Below are positions 23,700-32,288 of a stretch of 64,000 bases of DNA, in pieces; position 1 is the first letter of the stretch, and every line of letters begins with the position of its first letter. The translations under genes and the position numbers were made by a program. Below the pieces are notes generated by a model. That model was not told where the DNA came from. It did not search any database and worked only from the letters and a program-made list of their open reading frames with translations. The stretch is from a virus, in the IMG/VR virus record IMGVR_UViG_3300010218_000006, positions 1 through 64,000 of that record. The stretch is one strand, 5' to 3'.

Positions 23700-24760
23700 A
23701 AAAATTTTTTGAAGCACACCCTTCTCTGGCAATTTCAATATTGCTGTCTGGAAATATATCTAGACTACTTTAGAAGTCTTTAGAGGCTTTATATTTGTAG
23801 CTGCACCATCACTATTCCATCCCTTTTCTAATCGCTTGTAGGGGCTGTAAAGGCTTCCTATTGGCATTCTATTCTCTATTGTTCACTTTCGAGTTCAATT
23901 GTAGACGGCTTTTGAGGAAATGTCAAGTTTTCTGTTTTGGATTCAGTATTGCCTGTGGTGCTTAACCGGCCTTGGTAGGGTCTAAACAGGCTCTGATCCG
24001 CTGTAAAATATCGTTTTAAGACCGTTTCCAGCCCATCCAATACCTCCCTAGCCTCCATCCTAAACGATCGTTTCTAGCGCCTCTAATCGATTCATACAGT
24101 AGTTTTCGTTTCCCTGCTTGTCCCATTAACGGTCGATAGCGGTATGCCTCCTCGATAGGAGACGTTTAAAGCGATCTGTAGGGGAGATGTATAGCTGATT
24201 GATTTGATGCTGATAGCAGGCTGATTAGCTGCCTTGCCGTGCATGTTGAGTGCTGTCCGCTGGAGCTGGATAGCGTTATGCGTTGACTTGCTGCATTGAT
24301 TTAGTTATTGCTTGTATGCAATTGTTAAATCTTGATATCAGGAATGTCACATATTGGTACTGGAGCGTACCAAGATTGCTGAGTAGCATCAACTAGCATC
24401 ATATTTTAACAAACAGACTAGATTAATAGTTACTCGCAATAGACCTGCCACCACCTTACAAGCCATTGCAAAGCACAATAAGACTAACTTTAAGTCCCTT
24501 GCATAATGCAAGTATGTTACAAACAACATTGATTGCCGCTCATATAGTTATACGTAATAACTCTATGCAGTAGTATAACTATAAAGCATATAACCTACAG
24601 GTTAATTACGACTAGCATTGGATAACCACCCTATACAGCATTCTTAATAGCCAATTGCAAGCCCGTACAGGCCCCATAAGGCCGTCAATAAGCCTGCCCT
24701 ATACCACCCTACATACTCGCACAGAAACGCATTAGAAAGCCTGTAATCAAGCCACAATAG
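23700..24760. other. 1.06-kb ORF-poor, repeat- and palindrome-dense region bounded by convergent terminators
   Basis: The only ORF is a 60-aa one without an RBS. Several perfect palindromes and a recurring CCCTAYAC/CCYTACAG-type motif are present. Confidence 0.6.
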
Positions 24761-24783
24761 AAAAAGCCCGGACTATGCCGGGC
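24761..24783 (-). terminator. rho-independent terminator
   Basis: The minus strand reads GCCCGG-CATAGT-CCGGGC followed by TTTTTCTATT. Confidence 0.7.
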
Positions 24784-24804
24784 CTATGCTGGAGGGTGTG
24801 AGAC

Positions 24805-25041
24805 TTACTTGCCGAGGAACTTTTTAACCTCTTCTTTGAGTCTTTCGGCTTGACGCTTTTTGTTATGTTGCACCACGTATGCTTTTCCTGCTTGAATCCA
24901 TTTACCATCTTTAAGGTATTCGTTGCGGATAATGTTACCTGCGGACTCTACTACCCGCACTTTAGTGCCGTCGCTATATTCTACCTCGTAAGCCATTTCG
25001 CCCTTCATGCTGTAGATTTGTGCGTTTTTGATGGTAATCAT
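24805..25041 (-). CDS. hypothetical protein
   Basis: 78-aa ORF with a GGAGATAACAAATG RBS and its own terminator. Confidence 0.55.
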   Translation of the reverse strand: MITIKNAQIYSMKGEMAYEVEYSDGTKVRVVESAGNIIRNEYLKDGKWIQAGKAYVVQHNKKRQAERLKEEVKKFLGK

Positions 25042-25266
25042 TTGTTATCTCCGTTGGGTTGTTTGCTGCAGTGATGTAATCATCTCATGAATTTCTAACC
25101 TATGTCTACAATTATTTGAAATTATTTTCGTTGTATTTTCACCACAACATATAATTGCCCCAAAGCAACATGCCCGCATGCTTATAAGTTGCTATGCACT
25201 GCCTTCCCACAAAATGTCGCTGTCGCTCTAGGCTTCGCCTTTGCACAATCTCCCATATTCATGGTA

Positions 25267-25295
25267 TTGACAGATTGCAACATATGGTATATAAT
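25267..25295 (+). promoter_or_regulatory. consensus promoter TTGACA-N17-TATAAT
   Basis: TTGACAGATTGCAACATATGGTATATAAT. Confidence 0.7.
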
Positions 25296-25348
25296 AGACT
25301 CTTTATAAGTATATTCTACACACACACACTATAAAGGATGTTGAACGA

Positions 25349-25924
25349 ATGGCAGTAGATAAGCAAAAAGCAATCGATCTACGATTAGCAGGCAAAACAC
25401 ACAAAGAGATTGCACAAACAATAGGTTGCTCTGTTGCATGGTGCAAAGCCAACCTAAAAGGAATGAAGGCACCAAACAATGATGCCCCAGTAGTAGGGGA
25501 GATTGTAAGGCGGGGACTCTCTCAAACAGGAATAACTAACGGGGAGATATACCAGTTAGCAAAACAACATTACAGCCTTTCGCACAAACAACTAGACCTT
25601 AAAGTTGGACAACTAAAAAGACTTGCACTAAAGCAAAACAAAGATGTAGTAATCAGGCCGTACTGGTTAGTACCGTCATTACCTCAAGATAGTGTAAACA
25701 CAATGATGGACTCAGCTCAAGCAATCTATGAACGTATAAACCTTGCTTCGCTTGAATTTAGGGATAAGTATTGCTTAGATGAAACACACCATAAAAGCGT
25801 GTTTTATTCTATGTGTGCTTTAGCTAGTGGTGAGAGTAGCCCGTTGATGCCTCAAGGAATCTTGAGTTATGGAGATTACCTAACTTCCATCATTGATAGG
25901 CTAGAGGATCGGAAAAATAAGTAG
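25349..25924 (+). CDS. HTH DNA-binding protein (regulator or replication-associated)
   Basis: The N-terminal AIDLRLAGKTHKEIAQTIGCS resembles a sigma region 4 / LuxR-type HTH. Confidence 0.45.
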   Translation: MAVDKQKAIDLRLAGKTHKEIAQTIGCSVAWCKANLKGMKAPNNDAPVVGEIVRRGLSQTGITNGEIYQLAKQHYSLSHKQLDLKVGQLKRLALKQNKDVVIRPYWLVPSLPQDSVNTMMDSAQAIYERINLASLEFRDKYCLDETHHKSVFYSMCALASGESSPLMPQGILSYGDYLTSIIDRLEDRKNK

Positions 25925-26043
25925 TCGCCTTATAGACTATATACTATTTATAACTGAAAGTATATTTCAATAAATAGACTTCCGTCACCCTATTGACAAC
26001 AAGTAGATTTATACTTTCTTGAACACAGAAAATAGACCTTAAA

Positions 26044-26238
26044 ATGACCGAAGAAAAGTATGATTTAGTAGCACGATTCATCAATACACCTACACTAGAG
26101 AACATCTCTGATGCTGGCGTAGACGTACTATATGCAAGAATAATGAAACGTTTAAGAACTCGCCTTGCTAGACTGTTGTATTTAGACAACATTGACAGTA
26201 TGCCAGATCATGAAGTTTTGTTAAGACTTCACTTGTAA
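26044..26238 (+). CDS. hypothetical protein
   Basis: 64-aa ORF. Confidence 0.4.
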   Translation: MTEEKYDLVARFINTPTLENISDAGVDVLYARIMKRLRTRLARLLYLDNIDSMPDHEVLLRLHL

Positions 26239-26254
26239 ACATTGAAAGAAACCA

Positions 26255-26686
26255 ATGAATAATCCTTCACCTTCCTACCTCCTGTTTTACTATACCTCCT
26301 GTAATGCAAAAGATATCGGCCTACCCGTCTCTGAGTCTAATATGCTTTCCGCTTTGATAGCTCACTGTGACGAGCAAGCAAAAGGATATGTTGCATCTTT
26401 GTCTTTAGAAGAGATAAGAGCCAAAACTGGAATGTCAATTAGAACAGTCCTATCTTGTCAAAAGAAACTTATAGATAAGAATTATATTAAGGTATTGTCA
26501 GGCCGAGGACTGGGAAACTGTAACAAATACGTTATTAATTCGAGGAAAATTGTTGATGCGTACAACCTATCAAACGATCCTGTAATAATCTCAGATACTG
26601 CACTGGAACAATATGTATATGATAACGCTGTATCCTCTGAGATTGCGACTAGAGACACTACAGGCTTGCGTAAAGGAAAAGCCTAG
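26255..26686 (+). CDS. winged-helix DNA-binding protein (replication-initiator-like N-terminal domain)
   Basis: LSLEEIRAKTGMSIRTVLSCQKKLIDKNYIKV is a wHTH pattern. Confidence 0.4.
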   Translation: MNNPSPSYLLFYYTSCNAKDIGLPVSESNMLSALIAHCDEQAKGYVASLSLEEIRAKTGMSIRTVLSCQKKLIDKNYIKVLSGRGLGNCNKYVINSRKIVDAYNLSNDPVIISDTALEQYVYDNAVSSEIATRDTTGLRKGKA

Positions 26687-26690
26687 CCTA

Positions 26691-26731
26691 GAAACACAAA
26701 AGCCTGTATTGCCTTAATAGGCTTTACAGGC
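26691..26731 (-). terminator. terminator at end of early minus-strand array
   Basis: The minus strand reads GCCTGTA-N16-TACAGGC followed by TTTTGTGTTTC. Confidence 0.55.
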
Positions 26732-26751
26732 GAAGTTGCAGGCAATAAATC

Positions 26752-26856
26752 TTAAGCAACAATCACTTGATACATTACAAGAAGAATCCCACTAACAAAT
26801 ACTAAAGCCATTGCCGCATACATTGCCGTTTCGAGATGCCTTAGAAACTTAGTCAT
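26752..26856 (-). CDS. 34-aa hydrophobic peptide (below ORF-track cutoff)
   Basis: MTKFLRHLETAMYAAMALVFVSGILLVMYQVIVA, with a GCGGAGAAAATC RBS and an upstream TTGCAA-N17-TATTCT promoter. Confidence 0.45.
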   Translation of the reverse strand: MTKFLRHLETAMYAAMALVFVSGILLVMYQVIVA

Positions 26857-27009
26857 GATTTTCTCCGCTTGTTTGTTGGTATGCCTAAAGAATAGGGCAT
26901 CCTGCCCACAATTGCAAGCCTTATTTGCACAAAACAGAAAATAATTTATTTGTTGCTACATTACAACGTTTCCGTAAAATTCCCGCTATTCACAATCCGC
27001 ACGGAAACG

Positions 27010-27273
27010 TCACAAACGAAACATAATGTCTGGCACTCCTTTTGCTTTAGCTTCGTCTTTAGTCAATGGCTTGTCTGATATAACCTTGTATTCTTCATGC
27101 CATAGGGAGTTTATAACAAGTCCTGAACAGCTTGCATACCCTAGAAACCCTTTTGCTGTCCATTCCTCGCCCCTTGCAAGCTTGTCCAATACATCAAAAT
27201 CTGCTTGCTCGGAATGTCCGTCTGCTAATGGCTCCCAAAATAAGCCGCAATGATATGTTATTGTTTTGTCCAT
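27010..27273 (-). CDS. hypothetical early protein
   Basis: 87-aa ORF in the co-oriented array. Confidence 0.5.
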   Translation of the reverse strand: MDKTITYHCGLFWEPLADGHSEQADFDVLDKLARGEEWTAKGFLGYASCSGLVINSLWHEEYKVISDKPLTKDEAKAKGVPDIMFRL

Positions 27274-27275
27274 GT

Positions 27276-27467
27276 TTAGTCTGCCAGAGATACGCCAATG
27301 CCATATTTAGAAACAAGCCGGTCCGCTTCTTTTAAGGCGTCTGTTCTTGTCATGTTTGGAAATTTTGCCGTCAACTCGTTTGCAAGTCTGGCAACATCAT
27401 TGATAATTGCCGTTTCCCTTTGATGTTGCATTCTCTGCCACCTTCGAAGCTGAGTCATATTCATCAT
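27276..27467 (-). CDS. hypothetical early protein
   Basis: 63-aa ORF, tightly coupled. Confidence 0.5.
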   Translation of the reverse strand: MMNMTQLRRWQRMQHQRETAIINDVARLANELTAKFPNMTRTDALKEADRLVSKYGIGVSLAD

Positions 27468-27583
27468 TTCACCTCAACAATAAGCCACGACGCAATAAGC
27501 GCCTCAACAAATTCCTCGAATGTTGCTTCCGTTGCTTGTGTGACGTTTTCCATGTCTGCCTCTGTTTGTTGATCCAATGAATG

Positions 27584-27612
27584 CATTATTGCACAGAGAA
27601 TTCTCAATTGCA
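27584..27612 (-). promoter_or_regulatory. early promoter TTGCAA-N14-TGC-AATAAT (extended -10)
   Basis: The minus strand reads TTGCAATTGAGAATTCTCTGTGCAATAAT. Confidence 0.6.
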
Positions 27613-27616
27613 AGAA

Positions 27617-27826
27617 TTATTTTATCTTCTCTCTGAACTTGTCTACATCATCTTGCGTGATGTCTGATTTGTCAGAAAGCCTAAAGTCTCCTACTTCCAG
27701 CGTAGTAGATAGCCAATCAGTGGCGCACCAATCATTCCCAAAATCTATAACTTTTTCTGTGCCAATAAAGCACATGTAATTGCCCCAACGGTTCTTTTTG
27801 ATTCTTATTGTTCTGTTCATAAGCAC
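27617..27826 (-). CDS. hypothetical early protein
   Basis: 69-aa ORF. Confidence 0.5.
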   Translation of the reverse strand: MLMNRTIRIKKNRWGNYMCFIGTEKVIDFGNDWCATDWLSTTLEVGDFRLSDKSDITQDDVDKFREKIK

Positions 27827-28019
27827 TCCAGTTATTTAGGAACAACATCAAGCAGCCATTCCCCACTACAGGAACAGAACACTAAAGCACAAATGTACAG
27901 CCCTGTACGCTCTAGCTTGTTCCTTGCAATCTCTGCAGCTTCTTTAGACCAGAATGGAATGAATGTATCTTTAGACATTACATCAGACATGACAGCCCCT
28001 GCGATAATTTAATACAACA

Positions 28020-28048
28020 ATTATTGCATATGTCTTGAGGAAATGCAA
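28020..28048 (-). promoter_or_regulatory. early promoter TTGCAT-N14-TGC-AATAAT
   Basis: The minus strand reads TTGCATTTCCTCAAGACATATGCAATAAT. Confidence 0.6.
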
Positions 28049-28236
28049 ACGAAAACGTTCCTATCAAGTTTGATGCCTGATAGGAATTCTCAATTGTGGG
28101 AATAGGGTAGGCTATACACCCCAGTAAAACCCATTACGTTTCTTCGCTTCAAGCCAACGATCAAACGGCACATATTCTCGTGTATATTGCATCTCTGCAA
28201 TGTGAGCATTTACGGCGCTGTCATAGATTGAATACA

Positions 28237-28434
28237 TTACAAAATCTCCAATCGGATTGGGTGGAACAGTCTTTCTTCACCTGTAGCAAGTTTTACGAGT
28301 ACGCAAACCTCTTTGTAGTCGTTCAGCCCTAGGCCCGTAACGTGCCCTACTTCGTCCGGCTTCACCAGATTATCGGCAATCTCTACCACACTACCTAGTT
28401 TAAACTGTCCAATGTCTGATTTGATATAAACCAT
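28237..28434 (-). CDS. hypothetical early protein
   Basis: 65-aa ORF. Confidence 0.5.
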   Translation of the reverse strand: MVYIKSDIGQFKLGSVVEIADNLVKPDEVGHVTGLGLNDYKEVCVLVKLATGEERLFHPIRLEIL

Positions 28435-28442
28435 GATAGCCC

Positions 28443-28655
28443 TTAAATCGATTTAAACGCGTTTTGAGCCGTTTTCTGTGTTTCCCTTGTCCAGACCTTC
28501 CCCTGCTGCTTTAAGGCGCTCTGAGGCCGTTTAAAGGCTTCTGCTTTAGGCTTTGTGCGGACATTCTTTGTGTATGATGTATTTGTTTGCATGTTATGCA
28601 TTCTCAAGAAAATAAAACATTGATTGATAGCTATACAAGCCGCTATACGCTTCAA
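28443..28655 (-). CDS. hypothetical basic protein (start uncertain)
   Basis: 70-aa ORF with internal Met19 and Met22 as alternative starts. Confidence 0.4.
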   Translation of the reverse strand: MKRIAACIAINQCFIFLRMHNMQTNTSYTKNVRTKPKAEAFKRPQSALKQQGKVWTRETQKTAQNAFKSI

Positions 28656-28703
28656 TGCCGTAGGGCAATCCTTTGGACAAGCCTGTAAGGACGTTGTGTG
28701 TCA

Positions 28704-28892
28704 CTATACACTCCGGCCAACGACACGCATTGCTTTCTTCATTGCAATTTTGCGCTGATGTGCATTGCCGCTAATGCCTGACAGCTTTCGTGCATAACGT
28801 TTGCCTTTTGGAGCTTCTACGCCGTGGTCAATGAATTTGCCCAGTGATACGGCATTGCGGGCTTCGGTGCGTGTGCTAAAGAAAATTTGCAT
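28704..28892 (-). CDS. hypothetical basic protein
   Basis: Start moved to Met26, which has an AAGGAG RBS. 62 aa. Confidence 0.5.
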   Translation of the reverse strand: MQIFFSTRTEARNAVSLGKFIDHGVEAPKGKRYARKLSGISGNAHQRKIAMKKAMRVVGRSV

Positions 28893-28915
28893 TGCTATCT
28901 CCTTTTGAGGATTAA

Positions 28916-29113
28916 TTAAGAACCGTTTGAAATCTTGCCGTCGCATGCAAAAGCATGAAACATGCAATAACCTAACTCCTTTGCCGCGTCATCGTAGGGC
29001 AATCCTTTAGTTACCTGAAACCCATATGTAACTGTAAAACTATCAATTCCAGTCTGTTCTACTTTAATAGGGAATGCCATGTCGTTAAATTCCGCAACTA
29101 ATTGTGTTTTCAT
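28916..29113 (-). CDS. hypothetical early protein
   Basis: 65-aa ORF downstream of the promoter at 29172-29200. Confidence 0.5.
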   Translation of the reverse strand: MKTQLVAEFNDMAFPIKVEQTGIDSFTVTYGFQVTKGLPYDDAAKELGYCMFHAFACDGKISNGS

Positions 29114-29171
29114 TTCGCCATCTTTCCGAATAATAACTTTCGTTTAGCTCAGTTCGTTAGTCAATGAACCT

Positions 29172-29200
29172 ATTATTGCACATGATTTCAGGCATTGCAA
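29172..29200 (-). promoter_or_regulatory. early promoter TTGCAA-N14-TGC-AATAAT
   Basis: The minus strand reads TTGCAATGCCTGAAATCATGTGCAATAAT. Confidence 0.6.
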
Positions 29201-29478
29201 GAAGTTTCTTGTTGTTTATTAACAACAAACTTGATTGAAAGCGTTCTGTCAATAACGTGACGGTCGCCGAAATTGAAGTCGTCAACAATCTTGCCGTACA
29301 CAATACGAACAGAATCTCCGTCTCGCACATCATTGATCGACACTAAAGCCATGTCTAAGCCGTCAAGCTTTGTTCGGAAGAATCCACCATCTAGAAATAA
29401 TTCCATCAATTCTTGAGAGGATTTGTCGGAGTCGCCTGTTAGGGGGAAAATCACATGTGATTCCATTGTGTGTAGCAT
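29188..29478 (-). CDS. hypothetical early protein
   Basis: 96-aa ORF. Confidence 0.5.
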   Translation of the reverse strand: MLHTMESHVIFPLTGDSDKSSQELMELFLDGGFFRTKLDGLDMALVSINDVRDGDSVRIVYGKIVDDFNFGDRHVIDRTLSIKFVVNKQQETSCNA

Positions 29479-29527
29479 GTTGGGCCTCGTTGTTTGTTAG
29501 CGTGTAAGGCTATCATTGCAAATAACT

Positions 29528-29758
29528 CTAAATATTTTTCTTTAGATTGTTCTTTTCCAAAAACTCATCAATTGTCTTCTTGCACTCTACAACTGTATCT
29601 TCTGCGATCCATCGTTTCATGCCATTAAGGGGATCATAAATTACATAATAGGCAACATCTTGTTTTCTCGGTTTCCGTGGAATAACAACAGAATTAACAA
29701 CTTTAAAATCTGCTCCGGCATGATATTCAGGCAATATCACAAAACCTTTGTATTTCAT
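29528..29758 (-). CDS. hypothetical early protein
   Basis: 76-aa ORF with an AAGAGGCACAAAATG RBS. Confidence 0.55.
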   Translation of the reverse strand: MKYKGFVILPEYHAGADFKVVNSVVIPRKPRKQDVAYYVIYDPLNGMKRWIAEDTVVECKKTIDEFLEKNNLKKNI

Positions 29759-29791
29759 TTTGTGCCTCTTTGGTTGTTATTGAATGAGTCT

Positions 29792-29821
29792 ATTATTGCA
29801 AATTTCCTGCGAGAATTCTAA
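29792..29821 (-). promoter_or_regulatory. early promoter TTAGAA-N15-TGC-AATAAT
   Basis: The minus strand reads TTAGAATTCTCGCAGGAAATTTGCAATAAT. Confidence 0.5.
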
Positions 29822-29980
29822 TTGATTTTGCCTATTACCTGTTATTGTTTAATAGCATTTGATGCCACCCATTCGGTGCAACGCTTCCGGCTCAGGCTTG
29901 AGAACTGGATTTTTCCCGAATGGGATAAAATCACTTGCCACAATGCACAGTTACGTTTTACGGCATATATGCTGGACATA

Positions 29981-30445
29981 TCATTCCCCAAAATAAAATT
30001 GACGGCAATAGTCAAGCAGGGTTTCTTGTTCTGCATCAAAAAATCGAGTCCACGTAGTGCCCCAATCTTGATATTCGATCCATGCCCGGCAAGGTTCATT
30101 GTGTTCGTCAAGTTCTCCCCGAATCTGCGCGGCAGGGCCACCAGTGCAAAGCAGGATGCGGAATTCGCTTGCCTCCAATGTCTCGCCCAAGCTGTGCCAA
30201 TCGGAGCGCACTTCAACGGATAGCGGATCATTGTTGATAGCTTCGCGGACAGCATCTTCGCTATCATATCCGGATGCCTGCTCTGTCAACTCTTGCAACT
30301 CTTCTTTTTCATCGTCTGACATGTCCCCCTGTTCCATGTCCTGCAATTCTTCCAGCCGGTCGAAATCGCATTGCAAAGCATGCACCAATTCGACGATGCT
30401 GGCGTATTGTGCAGCGGCTTGGGATTGTGCGTTATCTTTTTCCAT
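29981..30445 (-). CDS. highly acidic early protein
   Basis: 154 aa. The N-terminal half is about one third Asp/Glu (DRLEELQDMEQGDMSDDEKEELQELTEQASGYDSED). The two antisense and overlapping ORFs at the same locus were rejected. Confidence 0.55.
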   Translation of the reverse strand: MEKDNAQSQAAAQYASIVELVHALQCDFDRLEELQDMEQGDMSDDEKEELQELTEQASGYDSEDAVREAINNDPLSVEVRSDWHSLGETLEASEFRILLCTGGPAAQIRGELDEHNEPCRAWIEYQDWGTTWTRFFDAEQETLLDYCRQFYFGE

Positions 30446-30511
30446 TTCAGGCTTTCAAAGAGTTATTTAGAACAAGCTTCATTTTACATATAATTTTACG
30501 GAATGCAAGAA

Positions 30512-30763
30512 CTAATTCTTGATAGATTTTTGTTTTATATTTAGCTTGCATTCACCGTATATTTTTTGCAATTCAATGAGTAAAGGTAGGTATTCATCTT
30601 TAGATGCGAGTACCGTTATCGATAACAACCCTTTATAATCCGCTTCGCCGTGCTGTCCGATGTGCTGATAAGACATCATCAGACCGTTGTAAGGGTTCAC
30701 TTGTTGCGGGAAGAACGCAATAATATCTTGCTCCGATTTAAACTTTCTGAATATAACATCCAT
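30512..30763 (-). CDS. hypothetical early protein
   Basis: Start moved to Met28 (GGGGAAAATAATG). The palindromic motif lies in its leader. Confidence 0.5.
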   Translation of the reverse strand: MDVIFRKFKSEQDIIAFFPQQVNPYNGLMMSYQHIGQHGEADYKGLLSITVLASKDEYLPLLIELQKIYGECKLNIKQKSIKN

Positions 30764-30779
30764 TATTTTCCCCGTTAAT

Positions 30780-30795
30780 TTCTCAATCCTGAGAA
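30780..30795. repeat. TTCTCA-N4-TGAGAA motif copy
   Basis: TTCTCAATCCTGAGAA, identical to the 16-mer at 16496-16511. Confidence 0.9.
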
Positions 30796-30840
30796 TTGTT
30801 CCCAATTGATACCTAAGTATTGCACTCCTATTACCGCATG

Positions 30841-31023
30841 TCAAGCACTTTTCGCAGATTCTTTCAATGCCTCGCCAATCCGCCTGTAAGCTTCCTTTGT
30901 CATTCCTTCTTCTAGTATGTAGAGGAGCAATGATTCCAGCTCTTTACAATGCTCTGCAATGATCTTTACAGTGTCCACAGGCGATTCTTTAGGCTCAGAC
31001 GATAGAAGCTTATCGGATGTCAT
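30841..31023 (-). CDS. hypothetical early protein
   Basis: 60-aa ORF, coupled by a 4-nt overlap. Confidence 0.45.
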   Translation of the reverse strand: MTSDKLLSSEPKESPVDTVKIIAEHCKELESLLLYILEEGMTKEAYRRIGEALKESAKSA

Positions 31024-31178
31024 TTAATCGCCCCATAGGCCAGCGTGACGCACCATATAATGATTTGTACGCCATCCTTCCAAGCTGTGCGCTTATATGG
31101 CCTTGTCGGATTCAGGATGCCAGACTTATTAGCAAATTGATCTGCTGCAGCATAGTCGTTAAATTTGATAGTGGTCAT
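31020..31178 (-). CDS. hypothetical 52-aa protein
   Basis: Start moved to Met46 because a TTGACA-N17-TATCGT promoter lies inside the longer ORF. Confidence 0.4.
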   Translation of the reverse strand: MTTIKFNDYAAADQFANKSGILNPTRPYKRTAWKDGVQIIIWCVTLAYGAIK

Positions 31179-31220
31179 GAAGGTTCCCTGTTTGTTATTG
31201 AAAGCATAACAATAGCAGAG

Positions 31221-31249
31221 ACGATAGCAGGTGGTTTGATATTTGTCAA
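31221..31249 (-). promoter_or_regulatory. promoter TTGACA-N17-TATCGT
   Basis: The minus strand reads TTGACAAATATCAAACCACCTGCTATCGT. Confidence 0.55.
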
Positions 31250-31384
31250 ATGTTATTTGATTGGATGCTGGAAATTTATTTGTAGAAAATTCTTGCGTGT
31301 TATGGAATATCATGCAATAATGAATTTATCGGCACTGTTTCAGTGGTCGATTAATCCGAAGCTGGGCGAGTGAATTGTATAGCA

Positions 31385-31413
31385 GATAAAAAGAAAGCCA
31401 GCGCGAAGCTGGC
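31385..31413 (-). terminator. rho-independent terminator
   Basis: The minus strand reads GCCAGC-TTCGC-GCTGGC followed by TTTCTTTTTATCT. Confidence 0.65.
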
Positions 31414-31423
31414 TAGTGTATTG

Positions 31424-31630
31424 TCAGATAAAAAGAATTTTTGGCTCTTGCCTGTTTGCTGCTAGTGCCATTTTACAAGCCTTTTGATAATGCTCTAGAC
31501 AGAGTTGCCTTGCTTCCTGCTCAGTTTTGAATCTTCCAATCTTTTTAGGCTTTTCGTCGCAGTCATTACCATCCGAATACATCTTATGAAGCGATACAAG
31601 ACCATTTGCAATATAATAACAATATATCAT
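31424..31630 (-). CDS. hypothetical early protein
   Basis: 68-aa ORF. Confidence 0.5.
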   Translation of the reverse strand: MIYCYYIANGLVSLHKMYSDGNDCDEKPKKIGRFKTEQEARQLCLEHYQKACKMALAANRQEPKILFI

Positions 31631-31643
31631 GCTATGCCTTAGT

Positions 31644-31901
31644 TTATTGTTTTGCGTGAAATGTTAGGAAATTATTAAGATAACTAATTCCCATTTCCAA
31701 ACCTGCTATGTCTGATCCTATGTCTTTTGCAACTTCGCAGGCTGCAGAGCCGTCAGGTAGGATAAAATCTAATGTAGTGGTGGCATGGCTTTTCTTTGCG
31801 GCCAATACCGTAGAATCTTTGTCAATATATTGTTTTGCTCGCTGGAGATGATACAAAACAGTTCCAATGCTTCGCACTTGCGCGGCTGTTAGTTTTGCCA
31901 T
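31644..31901 (-). CDS. hypothetical early protein
   Basis: 85-aa ORF. Confidence 0.5.
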   Translation of the reverse strand: MAKLTAAQVRSIGTVLYHLQRAKQYIDKDSTVLAAKKSHATTTLDFILPDGSAACEVAKDIGSDIAGLEMGISYLNNFLTFHAKQ

Positions 31902-31909
31902 GATATGCC

Positions 31910-32074
31910 TTATGCGTCTGGATGTTCTGAATTATAGACATCTTTTGCAAGTTCTAGCAGAGTTTTTGCTTGCTCTTCGGTTAGTCCGTTATGCTCTGCA
32001 AATGTTGGAATTGATGCGTAGTTATTCCACCAATCAAGATATAACAGCGTTAGATATTGCCTAGCGTTTTGCAT
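31910..32074 (-). CDS. hypothetical 54-aa protein
   Basis: Start moved to Met35, just after the upstream stop at 32076. Confidence 0.4.
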   Translation of the reverse strand: MQNARQYLTLLYLDWWNNYASIPTFAEHNGLTEEQAKTLLELAKDVYNSEHPDA

Positions 32075-32075
32075 A

Positions 32076-32288
32076 TTATCCTTTATATCCGAATTCTTGA
32101 GCGATGGCAACTTCGCCGGGCGAAAGCTTGCGAATACGTGCCCACTCAATAGCCTTTTCTCTAATCTCTTTACCACCTACGGCCTTGCACATGATTTGTT
32201 CGTGCGCAGTTTGGCACATGGCGAGATTTTCTGTTAGTGCGTCTTTTAATTGCTTGATTGTCCAAGCAGGGATTCTATTGCCGTTCAT
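32076..32288 (-). CDS. hypothetical early protein
   Basis: 70-aa ORF with a 4-nt overlap to the upstream gene. Confidence 0.5.
   Translation of the reverse strand: MNGNRIPAWTIKQLKDALTENLAMCQTAHEQIMCKAVGGKEIREKAIEWARIRKLSPGEVAIAQEFGYKG

Noticed and set aside
23876-24058. 60-aa minus-strand ORF in the 1.06-kb non-coding island
   Set aside because: It has no Shine-Dalgarno sequence and no obvious promoter, and it is isolated. It was kept only as a remote possibility within the region-level finding.
29822-30522. ORFs 29822..30223(+), 29842..30267(-), 30099..30470(+), 30274..30522(+) overlapping the acidic protein gene
   Set aside because: They are mutually exclusive with 29981..30445, which fits the operon orientation and has a coherent sequence. 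The others are out-of-frame or antisense.
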